From contig NC_058382.1 of assembly GCF_018350175.1 (NCBI RefSeq), positions 58,282,001 to 58,346,000 on the forward strand: 64,000 nucleotides of DNA, given 5' to 3'. Numbering within the stretch: the first letter of the stretch is position 1; each line of letters begins with the position of its first letter. The notes beneath the pieces were generated by a model that did not search any database, had not been told where the DNA came from, and worked only from the letters and a program-made list of their open reading frames with translations. The position numbers were made by a program, and so were the translations under genes. Source of the stretch: Felis catus (lineage: Eukaryota). Shown piece by piece: positions 24,001 through 36,946 of this stretch.

Positions 24001-25819
24001 GCCGCCCCCCGCCTTGGCCGGCCCCCCGGCCCTCATCCATCATCGGCCTCCCCACAGTGGAGCTTACTCCCAGCTGTTAGGATAATGAATTTACATGAGC
24101 TGATAATGTAGACAAGAATTCAGGCAGCGGCCAGGAGCACAGAAGCTAATAAGTACCCTTCTAATGAGGGCACGGGGAGCAGGTGCCCCACGTTCCTCCA
24201 GGGCCTCCTGAGGTGCAGGGGCCACCCCAAAGCCCGCTGTCCCCTCGGCCCACCCCTGGGGACGCCCCGGCCTCAGCCAGAGAACACCTGTGTGGGAGGC
24301 CGGGCTCGGCCTCCCTGGGCAGGGCCTGGGGGGCAGAGCAGGGGGGCGTGGGCCCTGAAGTGACCCCAGCCCATGACAGAGGGGCAGGGTGGGCGGGGGC
24401 TCCCCCGAGGCTGCGTCGAGCCACTGTAGATCCGGGACGACCCTTTGCCAGGTGTCAGGGGCCCTTGAGGTTGGCCTGTGCTGGGTGCAAGGGTGCTGCC
24501 ACCCCAGCCGCTGGTGGTCCCCGGTCCCTGCCCTCCCGGCAGCCTGCGGGTGCGCCCGCACACACTGGGGAGCAGGGCTAAGTTTAGCTCCTTAATGAAG
24601 TGTCTGGGTTGGGATTCTATTTTAAGTGACCTGACATCAGCAGGAGCTTTCTTGGCTCACAGCGCCCCTGGAGCCCACGGCCGACACCAGAGCAGAGATG
24701 CTGGCTTGGGGGGACCCCCTCCCCCCAGGAACCCAGGGGGGCTCCTGCCTGAGCCCAGGGAGCAGGTGCCAGGCTTTGAGGAGGGGAGGGCAGGCTCTGC
24801 TGGGAGGGGAGGTCACTTGTCGCCAGCAGGAATGTGACCTTGCCGTTCAGGGGGCAGCTGCCCCAGGGAGGGGGGAGGGGCCAGCAGGCAGGGGCCTCCT
24901 AGCTCCCTCAGCCCCTGCACCTCGCCAGAGGAGGCCCCGGTCGGGGGGACGCCCCGGGCTTCTGAGGGTGTGCCAGTTTCACGTCGGTGACTCTCTATCT
25001 CTTTGGCGACACCCACCACCCCCGCGTTTTCAAAAGCCTGGTTCCTTGCAGAGAAATTACGACGTAGGCACAAGGACAGAAGTGAGACCTTCGCTCCCCT
25101 CGCTGCGACTGAAGACACCCCCCCAACACCTTAGGGGGCGTGTGATGTCTTGGGGTCTGGCCTGGGATTTGTCCGGTGGCCGCTGACTGCCTGTCCCAGC
25201 ACCTCTGTGCCACCGTGCCCGGCGCTGTCAGCTGGCGGTCACAGCAGGTCCACTCGGGTCACCAGCTGGCCAGCCTGTCACATGGCCACCGAGCAGTGAC
25301 CTCACATCTGCTCCTGGGCCTTGGGGACCGGTCACTGGGATGTGGAATAACCACGTTGCCTACCCTCACTTCCCCACCCCTCGTCCCTATCTTGACATCA
25401 GTGTGTGGTGTGGGCTGCAGGGCAGAATGGGTTTGGATCTGGGCCCTGACCACTTTAGCATAAACAGGACACAGGTGCCGTGTTCCCGGGATCTCAGTCC
25501 CGCCGTTAACCATCTGTCGGCCTGTGGATCCAAGCGTGTCTTGCCCCATCTGTAGAATGGGCACAGTGACGCCTTTCTGGGGACTAAGGAGGCTGGCTCT
25601 CTAAGGAATAAGGGAGCAGGGAGGCGGCGGTTGATGGTCTCTGATGGCATCGGTGCATCGGTGGGGGGGGGGGGGGGCCCGCTTTGGAGACTGTGGGTAA
25701 AGTCACAGGGTATTTGCAGGTGGTTGAACGTCTGCAAGTTCTGCCCGAACTGGGCTCCAAGAAGGAAAAGGGATGGGGAGAGAACTGGAGAGGGCAGTCT
25801 TGGTCAGTGGAGCATGTGG

Positions 25820-26130
25820 TGCCACTGTGTTGGTTTTCCAAAGCTGCGTGACAGACTCTTCCCAGACTTAACAAACATTTGCGGCGGGGGGGGGGGGGGG
25901 GGGGAGGTCCGCAGGTGACTCGGCTGGGTGGGTGGAGCTCAGAGTCTCAGAGGAGGCTGGAATCCAGCTGGCGGCTGGGGCTGCGGTCTCATCTGAAGGC
26001 TCCACCAGGCTGGGGGAGGAGCCGTGGCTTTTGTCCGGAATCATCCTTTTCCCTGAAACGCGGGAGTCTCTGCAGCCTGCTTGAGTGCCCTCAAGTGATT
26101 CAAGAGGGCGGGTGGGTGGCACAAGGCCAC
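25820..26130. mobile_element. Degenerate MLT-type LTR fragment
   Basis: ggctggggctgcggtctcatctgaaggctc resembles MLT LTRs; boundaries uncertain. Confidence 0.4.
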
Positions 26131-27074
26131 GGCGCCTCTGGTGGCATGTTCTTGAAAGGGACAGACTGTGTCTTCCACCAAACTCCCTTCATTAGAATTA
26201 AGTCTGTAAGTCTGGCCCGCATTTGGGAGAAGGGAATTAGTCTCCGCCTCTTGAAGGGATTAGGTGGACGTATTTTTAAGCTACTTTGGCGAAAAGTATT
26301 TTAGCCGTGTGTATGTGCGTGCATGTGCCTGCCTGTTTATCCCTCCTGAACGGGTGTCACGGTCAGGCCTTGGACTGGGCAGCTGCTGTGTGGGCCCAGG
26401 AGACAGGGTTCGAATCCTGGGCGTGCTGCTTGACTGTGTGGCCTCGAACCGTCTGTATGACCTGGACCAGGCTGTGAACGGCTCCCAGGATGCTCTGAGG
26501 TCTGTGGGGCGGGTGCGGTGTGGGCGGTAGGTGGTGGTTCTGCTGGCCTCTCCCAGGCCCGTTGGGAGGTGTCCCAGGAGGTGACTCAGCCAGGTATAAG
26601 TGATGTCCCCTGCGGTCCCTCCTCGCACACATCGTCTCCCCAGCAGCCCTTTGTAGGGACAGCTTTCCGTGCGTGCTTCGCCAGGACCGGTGGGGCCCGG
26701 TGCGCTTTATCCCGGGCCTCATCCCCCACACAGGCTCCGTTTTACCGCGTAGCACCTCCGACTGGTGGATACGCTCCCCAGAGCTATAGCCATCAGCCCG
26801 CCGGGTGTGGGTGCTGCACGGGGCCCGGGGGAGGACTTAGGTACCGCCCGCATCAGCGTCCACCCACTCAGGAACGCGGAAGTGGCTCCCTGCCCAAGGC
26901 GTGCATACTAGGGTGTGCAGTCCCCAGCCCGGGGAGGGGACAGTGACATGGGCTTCTGGTCCACAAAGCCAGAAGCTTGTGTCCTGCTTTGCGGAGACCG
27001 ACTTGTGTGGCCTTGGCCAGCCCCCTTGCTCATCTGGACCCGTGGTTCTGCCCTCTCTGCAGGCTGATGGACTG

Positions 27075-27290
27075 TATGTTAAATGGCCCCTGGCGTGCCA
27101 GGCACGCTCTGAAACCCCTTCATGTAAATTAATTCCTTGAGGCCTCTCAAGATGAACCCCACGGCGTAGACTCTGTCTTTTCTCCGTTTTGTAGACAAGG
27201 AGACAGGCCCAGAGAGGCGGTGACTTGGTATCTGGCAGCCGAGTGAATGCAAGACTTGACCTTCGGGCCCCCACTTCCTTACTCCGGGAC
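27075..27290 (-). mobile_element. MIR fragment
   Basis: tgccaggcacgctct...ccgttttgtagacaaggagacaggcccagagaggcggtgacttg. Confidence 0.65.
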
Positions 27291-28832
27291 CATGGCCACG
27301 CCTCCCCCGCCACACTGCCTACTGGAGGAGGGGCTGGCCGGCTGCTGGGTTCACTGAGAATGACCCGTGTCTGACGCCTGCATGTTTCTGGCGATCAGGC
27401 TACGGGGGGGGGGGGGGGGGGGGGGGGGGCGGTCAGGTTTCTCTGCTGGGGTCCACGCTGCCTCGGCCGCTCAGTGGAACTGTTGCCTCAGAGCACCGCT
27501 GACCGGCCACCCACGTGACCTGCCCCCAGCCTGGCCATGGGGGTCCTTGGTTCCCATGCGCAAGCCTTCACCCGAGAGCGTGGTGTTCCCCCAAGCTCAC
27601 ACCTGCCTCAGTATTGTCTTTTCTGCGCCGGCCCGCTCGCAGGAGAGCCGTGGCTCCCGAGGACCCTCCCCAGATGACTCTGGGCGTTCCTGGAGCCTGC
27701 CCCTCCCAGGTGTCCGTCTGGGGGGTTGGAAGTCAATTTGCTTCTTTCTGCTCACGACCTGTGGCCCCTGCCAGCTGGGAGGCCATTGGCCTTGATTTAC
27801 ACCCCTGGAGTGCACCTACGGCGAGGGGGGGGGGGGGCAGGAGCGGGGCCCGGCTGGGCAGGTGCCCCGAGAGGGCAGGGAACGTTAATGGAAAACTTAT
27901 TTATGGTGCTGCTTGCTCGCCGCCTGATACGGAGCTGGGCCTTTATTGATCGGCCACTCGGGAGGCAGTTCAGCCTCCTCGTTGACACGTAGATGGGACT
28001 TGAAAGGGCTGGGGGCCCGTGGGAAGGTGGCCGTGACCTCCCCCGTGGCGTCGGGTATCACCCTGGCGGGCACTGGCTCCTCAGCTCCTTGGACAGTGAG
28101 GCCTGAGCCCGGTCCCCAGCGGGAAGCGGGGTTTCCCAGCCATGGTGGTTTAGAGCCACAGTTTTCAGCCTCCAGGCAGGGTCCGCTGGGCGGCCGGGTC
28201 CCCTCCCCCACGTCTCCCGCGACTTCCGATGGGGCTGTTCCGTGAGGCACCTGTGCGGGTCGACACCCACCGGGATCCCGCCTGGGGTCAGATCCCGGGT
28301 CTGCGCTGTCTGCCCCGCGTGTTCTCTAACACGCGGGCAGGAGCAGAGCCAGGCTCACCGGCGTCGTTGGGGTGGGGGGCAGGGTGCGCGTGGGGCTGGC
28401 AGAAACCTTAGGCGTAGCCGTGGGGCTGGCTTCGTTACCGTCAGCGCAGCCCTCTCCCTTCCCGCTGGGTCCTTTCCGTCGCGAGGATGCGGCCATGTCT
28501 TACTGTCCCTCGCGCCCATCTTGGGTGACGCCGGTGGATGTTCCGGGCTGTGGGATCTTGCTGTCACTGGGGTCCCGGGGACGCTTGAGGCTCTGATGAC
28601 GGATCTGGGGTTCGGGGGTGCCGTGAGCCCTGCTCTCTCTGCCACGCCGGCTCTGGCCCGCTTTGCCTGTCCCGCCGCGGCCACCCGGGTCTGCTCCTGC
28701 CCCCCCTCCCTGCATGCTGCTGGCTGGCCCCGGACCCCCTGGACCCCGCGGACCCCCCCTCCCCGCCCCCCCCGCTCTGGTGCTGGGCCCTCCTACTCTC
28801 TGGGTGACCTGGTTCTTCTTTTCCTGTTTCAG

Positions 28833-29051
28833 GCATGAGCCATGAGCCCAAGTCCCCTTCACTAGGGATGCTTTCCACCGCGACCAGGACCACCGCCACC
28901 GTCAACCCCCTCACCCCCTCGCCGCTCAATGGCGCCCTGGTGCCCAGCAGCAGTCCCACCACCGGCAGTGCGCTGTCGGCCCAGGTCGCGCCGTCCTCCA
29001 GCTTTGCCGCCGCGCTGCGCAAGCTCGCCAAACAGGCGGAGGAGCCCAGAG
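28833..29051 (+). CDS. GSE1: GSE1 exon 2 (219 nt, phase 1-1)
   Basis: ttcctgtttcag|GCATGAGC ... CCCAGAG|gtaaga; MSHEPK...[19 protein letters not shown]. Confidence 0.96.
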
Positions 29052-31259
29052 GTAAGAGGCGCAGCCCCTTCTCCCGCCGGGCCTCGGGGGAGCGGGTGCG
29101 GCGGCCCCGGGCGGGAGAGCCGCGTCCTTGGGGGTCTGGAGGCAGGGCGCTCGCGCCCCCGCGGCTGCTCAGGTGTCTCTCCTGCTGCTTTGTTCCGGCG
29201 GTGGGGGTGGGGCGGGGGGGGGGGGCAGCACCGTCCCGGACCCCGCCCCTCACCTGGCCGCCTGGGCTGTGCTTCTGCTTCCCGTTCCCCCCCGCCGCCG
29301 CCTCGGTCCGGCCTGGGCTCCAGGAGGCGCCGCGGGGGTGGCCGGCGGTGGGGAGGGTGGGTGTGCCGGGCCCCCTGGCCCCCTCCCTGGGAGCCCGCGG
29401 TTCCCAGGCGACGCGGCGGCTTCGGGCTCTGCTGCCCACTCCAGGCCCCGCAGGGAGCGCATCTCTGGAAACCCGCTGGGTCTCGGGGTCGGGGTGGGAG
29501 GGGGGTCTCTGGGACGGCTCCCTCGACCCGGACCGTTACCGCTTAACGCGCTGAGGCAAGGATTGTGGATGAGTGGGTGCTCCCCGGAGGTTTGGAGCCC
29601 CGGCTCCTGGTGTCGCTTGGGTGGTGACAGGCTGTGTGGCTTTGGGGAAACGCTGACCCTCTCTGAGCTTTGATCGTCGTACCGTGAGGCTCTCTGTGCC
29701 GCTGGCTTCGGGCGCTTCTGGGGATGGTCATCCAGTTGTCCGTGTTAGTCCTGGTCAGGGGCTGCTGGCTGGACGAGTCGGGTCGGAGGCCGTCTGTAGC
29801 GGGGGCCGCGGGGACTCCTGAGCAGGCCTCTCCCACAGCCTGTGGGCTTGCTGCTCGGAGGTGGGGCTGACCTCTGGGCAGACAAAAGCAGGGACCCGAG
29901 TGTCTCTGCCTGCTGGGTGCCTTGCCCGAAAGATCGAGGGCTTGGTGTCCAGGGCCCTCGGCGGGGGAACGCGGGTATGGGAAGGAAGTGTGTCTGTTTT
30001 CACAGGCCCCTGGGCCTGCAGCTCGGCGGACGGGACGTCTGCCCTGACCGGGACGGGCTGGGGGTCTCCTGGGTTCGGAATCTCGCCTCCTTCCGGTCGT
30101 TGGGCGGAGGAGGAAGCGTGAGGGGATGAGCTTAGGATTGACAGGGTGGGCGATGGCCCGGGAAGAGCAGCCACTGGGTCCTGGTTTCGCGTCCGCCCGC
30201 TGTGGGCCGCTCCGTCCACCTGGGCCCAGCGTGGCCGCTGGTGTCGGCACGTCCCTGCTGTTCCTGCCACGCAGCTGGGGAACAGATGTCTGCCAACGGC
30301 AGCCGGCTCCCTGCACGGTGGCCTGGGAGGCGCACGCACAGCGGGGACCGGCTGGGTTGAGACTTGCCGGTCCCCTCAACGGTGAAGGCCTCGTGGCAGA
30401 ATTTGCCCGCCACCCCCCTGGCCTGGCCGTCTCCGTCCTCGGCGTTCACAAGGGTCACAGGAGCATGCATGCTGGTTCCGCTGGGGCTGGCTCGTCCTTG
30501 GTGACACCTCTCATCTGCAGAGGTCGTGGCCACGGAGCGGCACATTTCCTCCTCGTGGAGGCTGCAGGGGAGAGGTCTGCAGACGGGGGCTCACGGGAGG
30601 GCCATGGGCACAAGGCAGGAGCCTGCCTCGATGGCCCTTGTCCCCTTTCCGCTGCCCCAGACTGGCCCCAGCGTCTGGCTGGAGCACGGGCCAGCGGGCA
30701 GTCAACCCGTAAGAGCCTCCCGGGGCCCGCTGGCCGGGAACAAAGCGTGCTGCTGGAGAGGCCGGGCCCGGTGACAGGGCGCCGCTCCCCACCGCACATT
30801 CGCTGCCCTGGGAAGAGTGACTGCGGCGAAGGGCCGGGTGAGGGATGACGGGGAGCAGCCACGCTGGCCACGGTGCACGCTGTCGTGGGAGCTTGGCCTC
30901 TGCCGCCGGCTGACCGGAGCCACCCGCGTTGCTCAGATGTGAGGGCTCGGGTTTGGGAGGCTCAGTATCCGTGGACCGTGGAGCGGTGTTTGAACCCCGG
31001 GATGCCCCACGCTCGGGTCCCACCGCGTGGGCGCCGGGCCCTCATCACGCTGTATCCTGAGCACGGCAGGCTTCCTGGCGGCTGTGACCAAAGCCCTGGC
31101 AGGGAGCTCGGTTTTCGGTTCTTTACCTGATCCCCCCAGTCAGGCCACGGTTTGACAAACGAGGAGGTGCTGTCACTCGTGAGCATCCCTGGGCCACGCC
31201 CCGGGTCTCACTGAGTCACCCCAGCCGTGACCTCTCCATCGGCAGAAGCGGCTCACAGC

Positions 31260-31340
31260 CCAGAGTTGCCCATCGTGCAGATGGCAAAGCTGAGGCTCAG
31301 GAGGTCAAGTCAGGAGCCCCGGGCACACAGCTGGCAAGGA
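31260..31340 (-). mobile_element. MIR fragment
   Basis: cccatcgtgcagatggcaaagctgaggctcaggaggtcaagt...cacacagctgg. Confidence 0.55.
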
Positions 31341-31639
31341 CGCGCCCTGTGCCCCATGCTGCTGCGGCTGCTGCGTAGGCCTGTCTAGGTGGGCTTGGAG
31401 AGCCGGAGTGAGGGCTGCAAGCCTGGGGGGAAGCTCCCTCGCTCCTAGACCCACCTCATAGGTGCAGGGGGCACTCGGCGGTCTGTGCCTGAGGCGGGGG
31501 CCGCGGGTCGTGTGGACTGTCGGCTTCCAGAAGCCTGGGTGCAGTGGGGGCGCAAGGGGAGAGCCAGCTGGCCCTACCTTTCCCTCTGGAACCAGAGAGC
31601 CGCTGGGGGCTTGGTGGTCGGGGAAGGGTCAGGACGCTT

Positions 31640-32020
31640 CTTAGATTTCCAAGTTGTAACTCGTTCGGTGTCGTAAGAGTCCTCTCCCCTGGTTTTTAGT
31701 GCATTCGGAGTCGTGCAGCCTTGGGTGCTAATCCCAGGCCACACCGCTGCCCCTAAAGCAGCGCTTAACCCGGCAGCGGGCCCTGCCCCCTCCCTTGGCC
31801 GGGGTGGGGGGCGCACAGCGCCAGCGACCGGCTTCCCGCGCTCCCCCTGACGTGCCAGGGCCGTCCCCGTGCGGCATGCCAGGACCTCGTTCCTTTTCAC
31901 GGCTGAACGACCTTGCGGCTGGCTGGCACCATCCACCTGTCACTGGGCGTGCGAGGCCGTCCCCCCTTCATCGAGGCGGTGGCGTGTGTCAGTGTGGGCC
32001 GTGTACTGGCCGGTCGCCCG
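31640..32020 (-). mobile_element. Highly diverged L1M 3' fragment
   Basis: tggtttttagtgcattcggagtcgtgcagcc...ttccttttcacggctgaa. Confidence 0.45.
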
Positions 32021-35000
32021 CTGTGTTCTCGGCCTGCTCTGGCCTCTGTTCTCCGTCCGCGTGGCTGTGGGCAAGGCTGGGCTGGGCTGGTCCCTCGTCC
32101 AGGGCAGCAGAGGGGGATTTGGAAGCCACGGACTGGGGTCCGTGGACATCACGGCCTCCAGCCCCTCTCCCCGGGGCTCCTGTCTCTTCAGGTAACCCCC
32201 CCCTCCCCGTGCCCAGGAACGTGTGGTTCCAGCGCCCCCACCCCAGCCGCCAGGCCCACGGTGCCAGCCACACGCAGCCTGGCGCGTCTCCCGCTCCCCT
32301 TTGGCCCAAGCTCGCCCCTTCGTTTCTTGGGCTAATGTCTTTTCTCACGTCGTGTCCCAAGGGTGCAGTTCAAACGTTCAATTCAGAGGAAGTATTCCGA
32401 GTGCTGTGTGGCTGGCTGTACCCTGAGAGGGGACAGAAGAGAGAAATCAGCCCCTCGGAGGGGCATTTCATCTGTCCCGAGGCTCACGATGCCGCCTTTC
32501 CTTTGCAGCCAGGCCGCCCCGGGGGCCGCGTAGGACAGAGATGCCCGCTGTTCCTGAAGGGGCTGTGGGCGCGGCCCAGGGCCTGGACCCGCCTGACCCT
32601 CTGGCTCATGTCCTTGCTGGGTGATCTGGGCACCTCACTTTACCTCTCTGAGCCTGTGTTTTCTCAGGTGTCATCCTCCTAGGTTTTGATTCAGGGAGAA
32701 CATACCAGCGGCCGGCATAGCAACTGTGTGCCAAGTGGGGACCACCGTGGCCGTCATCCCCTACCCCTGACCACCCCCGCCCCCACCACGCCTTCCCTGC
32801 CATCGCCTCCTCTGGCCCCGCCCCCACTCCACGGAATTCACGGTCGGTCGCTGAATTGGACCGGACTCTGGGAGTGACCCCGCCCCTCCCCTCTGAGGGT
32901 CAGTTGCCACGGCACCTGCCCATCTGCCCCCGAGTCACATGCTTTGTCGGGGCGCCCAGGGTGGCTGCTGTCTCTCCCGGTCCCTCGTCTTTACTCTTTG
33001 GGACAAAGGGGCGCCCAGCACAGGGAGTGACCGAGCCCACACTGGCTACTCTTTGGGTCTGACCCCAGTTGGTCGCAGCTGTGCCCGTGGGACCCTCTCT
33101 CCGAGACCGGCCAGGGCGCGGCCCCACTGAGCTGAGGCGTCACGTGGGTCCTTCTCCTGATCCTCTGGTGACAAAAAGAACGTCTTCCCGGGTTACTCGA
33201 CCCACTGTGTCGTCTGGAAGCTACTAGGCCTGCCTTGGCCTGGCCGCCTCCTCCCTGCCTGTCCCCCCACCAGGGCCTCTTCTGGACAGAGACGGTCCCC
33301 CCTCCTCCACGGGCACCTGAAGCCCAAGTTTGAGCCTCGAATGAGCCCCAACCTAGGAATCCCAAGACCCCACCGACCTGGGGCAGGTCAGGACCTCTAA
33401 CCCCCAGAGTGTCCCAACCTCCTCTCTCAGGCCTGCCTCACAGGGCTTCTCAGGCTCCCCAGTGGCCCTGTGCGCCCAGAGATGCTTGTTGAGTGACTGT
33501 GTGAGGGCGTGAGTCCGTGCCCGTCAGTCAGGAAACTCCCCCTGGAGTCTGACACCTGCTCTAGGAGCCGCCTTGCTTCCGGGTGGGGGTGGGGGTGCTC
33601 CCAGAGGCCCTGACGCTTCCCCTCTGCCCCCTGCAGAGGGCGAGCCCAGGAGCCCGAGTCCCTGCTGTCCCTGAGCACGAGGAAGCAGGGGCCGCGGCTC
33701 TGACAAGCTGGGTGGCAATCTGCTCGCGTCCGCGCTGCAGCAGGCGGGCTCCACGACGCATCCTCCGCGCTTGGCGCTTGGCGAAGCGCAAGTCGCCTGG
33801 GGCTGTGCGCCTCCCCCCCCCCCCCCCCACCCCGGGAATGCATCGGGCCAGTCCTCACTCGGACTCGCTGCTTGTCCCTGCGTGCCCGGCCCACCCTTCC
33901 CACCCTCCGGCTGCCCCACACCCACGCGCCTGTCGAGGCCAGGTTTCTGTGGGCAGCCCGTGCTGTGGCCCCAGGACCCGGCTGTGCCGGGCGGGGTCTC
34001 CTCGGGCGGCTTCGGGGGCCCCGGCGAGGCAGAGGGAGCGGGATGGGCTCGGTGGCTGCCCTGGGCTCCGTCGGGTGACCGAGCAGCCTCCGCCAAGCTG
34101 GGTGGCCGCCGTTGGGTGGCCAAGCTGGCGGACTTGAGTTTGTAACTCTTCCGGTCCAGGGCCCCAAACGCGGTGCCCCTGTCCAGAAGCTTCCTTCCAC
34201 CTCATTCCTTGGCTGCCTGCCGCATCTCGTCTCTGGCTCTGCAGGCGGGTCTGGTTACCGGCAGGCCTCGGGCTGCCGGAACCGGGAGCCCCAGGGCCGG
34301 CCTGAGGCGGAGGCGGGACTCTGCCCCGCCTGCCCGTGGCCCCCTAGAGTGAGGGCGGGGCTTCCTCTGACACCTGAAATCCTGTTTCAAAGAAAACAGC
34401 AGAACAGATCGGCAAAGAGAAGATCCCGCCTAACACGCTGGCCACGTGTGTGTCAGCCGTGCGTTGGCAAGGCTCCCCGGGGTGGCGTTTCCCCGCGGGA
34501 TCTGCCGCCCCATCTGTCTCCGGGCACAGGTGTGAGCTCGCCGTGCAGGGAGACTTCTGTCTGCGGGGCCCTGGGGACTCTGGAGGCAGGTGGGCAAGGG
34601 AGGTCGGGGCTGGAGGAGGGGGGTGGCCAGTGGTGCAGCGGGCCTCCCCCGGCTGTGGTGCTACAACACTGACCTCCCTGGTCACCCGCCACCTCTCCGG
34701 AGCCCCCTGCCCTCCGTGTGCCCTACCCCGACAGCGTTGTCGGCAAACGTAGGAGCCCGCTGCCCTTGCCTGCCCACTGGCAAATAATGAGCCCCTGGAA
34801 ACGGCGTTTCACGAGAAAGACCCACACCCGGCCTTTGCTGCTCTGGGTTTCCCTGACCATCCCGTGATGGTAGATAGGGCCCAGGAACATGCCGGTGGCC
34901 GTGCGGTGGGACAGTGTCCTGCACTGTGGAGGTGCGGGTGGGGAGAGCCCCGGGCCCGGAAGCAGGGATACAGCTGCCCCGTGACTCTCTCGGAGCACCT

Positions 35001-36659
35001 CTCCCCAAACCCACCGGTCGTGGGAGCCGTTGACCCCGGCTGGGCAGGGGCAGCCCTGCGGGCCATCCCTGCCTCCAGGTGCTCCCCGTGGTGTTTGGCC
35101 CCTGGAACCTACACACTTCGATTGCAAAGGGCACGGGGCCACCGTTCTGTTCTGTCAGGCACGTTCTGGGGAGACGGACTCTGGGACCGTCCGGGTTCCG
35201 TCCACCTGATCCCCCGCCGGCTGGGAGGCTTCCCACGGCCCCTCGGCCTTGCAAGCAAGGGGGGCGTACTGATGGCCAGTCTCCTTTCTGGATCCAAATG
35301 GTGCGCGCCCACCAGGCCTGGGTCCCCGAGTCCTGGTTGGAAACAGTGGTGGCCGAGTCCGGGGAGGGCAGAGGGCAGCCCCAGAGCTGCGGTCCCATGC
35401 CCTGCGGTCTGCCTGGGGACCACCCGGGGTTGACCTGGGACAGAACAGACTCCGGGAGGGAGAGGAGGGCCCTGGCGAGCCAGGGACACGCAGGGTCCTC
35501 GATGCCTCTGCCCCCCACCCACACCCCACCCCCCGGTTGTCGTGGCCGTGGGTCCCGGGTCAGCGCCTGTGCTGGTTGAACCTGGGCACAACCCCGCCGA
35601 GCTCGGGTGGCCCAGCAACAGGGACGGAGGACGTCCCAGCGGCCCTGTTTTTCAGGAGACCGGCCTCTCGTCTCGCCCCTGTCGCCGGGAGCCCGCCTTG
35701 CCCTCCGTGCCCTGCAGTCGGGGCGGGCGGTGGTCCTGGACGTCCAGCGGGTGGTTGAAACGTTCGTGGCGGGCTCAGCGCGCGTCTAGGAGAGCCAGCG
35801 GCCGTCGTGACGCCGTGGTTTCGTTGCCAGGCCTCCCCCCCACCCTCCCCTCCTGAGTCTGGGGTCTCAGCTGTTAATTACACGTGCCCGGCGGCCTCGG
35901 CGCTCATCCTCCAAGTCGGGCGGCCGAGGTGACGGCGAGCGCCGCCTCCTGTCATCCCCCAGCCGCACGCGCCCGTGGACCGGCTCCCGCCGCGCGCCTC
36001 CAGTTAATTAGGGCGGTCACGGCCTCCTGCCGCAGCGCGAAGCGGGGTCGGGGTGGCCGCTCGCTAATTGTGGGTGCGTGGTCAGGGATCGATCGCCTGT
36101 TCTGGCTGGCGAGGGACGCCCGCCGCCCTCCCCCCTCCCCCCAGGGGATTAGGCTGCTAATTGTCGGTGGCCTCCCGGTCCAAGTGCACCTGCGCCCCCA
36201 GCTCCCCCGCCCCTCCCCCCTTGGTGATTAGGAATGAGGTTAATCCAGGGAGGCGAGCTAATGGCGGGGCCCCTTCAGAGGGGGGGCTCGGAGGCCGGGA
36301 GGGTGGTCTGAGGGAGGAGGGCCCCTGCGACCTGCGGCCCAGAGCCTGGCGCTTGCAGGGCGGGGTGCGAGGCCCCCCCACCAGAGCCCCATCTGCCTTT
36401 GACCCCAGCTTTTCCTCCAGGCTCTTGGCAGCCTCTGCCGTGACCGCAGGCCCTCCTGCTGTGTGTGTGTTTTCCTTCCTGTTTTCGGTCCAGAGCACAA
36501 ACGTCCACCCTCTCTGCCCCCACGAGCTGAGCGGGAGATGAGCTGCGAGAGCAGGAGACACAGCAGCCTCACAGAGCCCAGAGGCGGACACACGCAGATG
36601 AAAGGGGTTTCCGCATAGGGTAAAGCAGGAGTCAGCCAGAGGAAGGAACGGAGCCCTGA

Positions 36660-36935
36660 CTCACGGCTGCAGTGTGGACAAACTAAAAAACCGCCGGCTG
36701 AGTGAAAGGCCAACGCAGAAGGTTCCACACCATGTGATTCTGTTTGTGGGAACCGCCCGGAGTAGGGACGTCCTTGGAGACCAGACGGATTGGGGGCCGG
36801 GGTCTAAAGGGTACAGGGTTCCTGTTTGGGGTGATGGCTGCACAGCTATGAATACGCCGAGGACTGAGGAATTGTGCACTTGAGATGGGGATGGGGGCCG
36901 GTTTCTGTGCTGCGGGAATTAGGTCAGTAAAACCA
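36660..36935 (+). mobile_element. Old L1M 3' end fragment
   Basis: gctgagtgaaaggcca...catgtgattctgttt...gggtacagggttcctgtttggggtgatggctgcacagc. Confidence 0.6.
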
Positions 36936-36946
36936 TTACAACGCCA

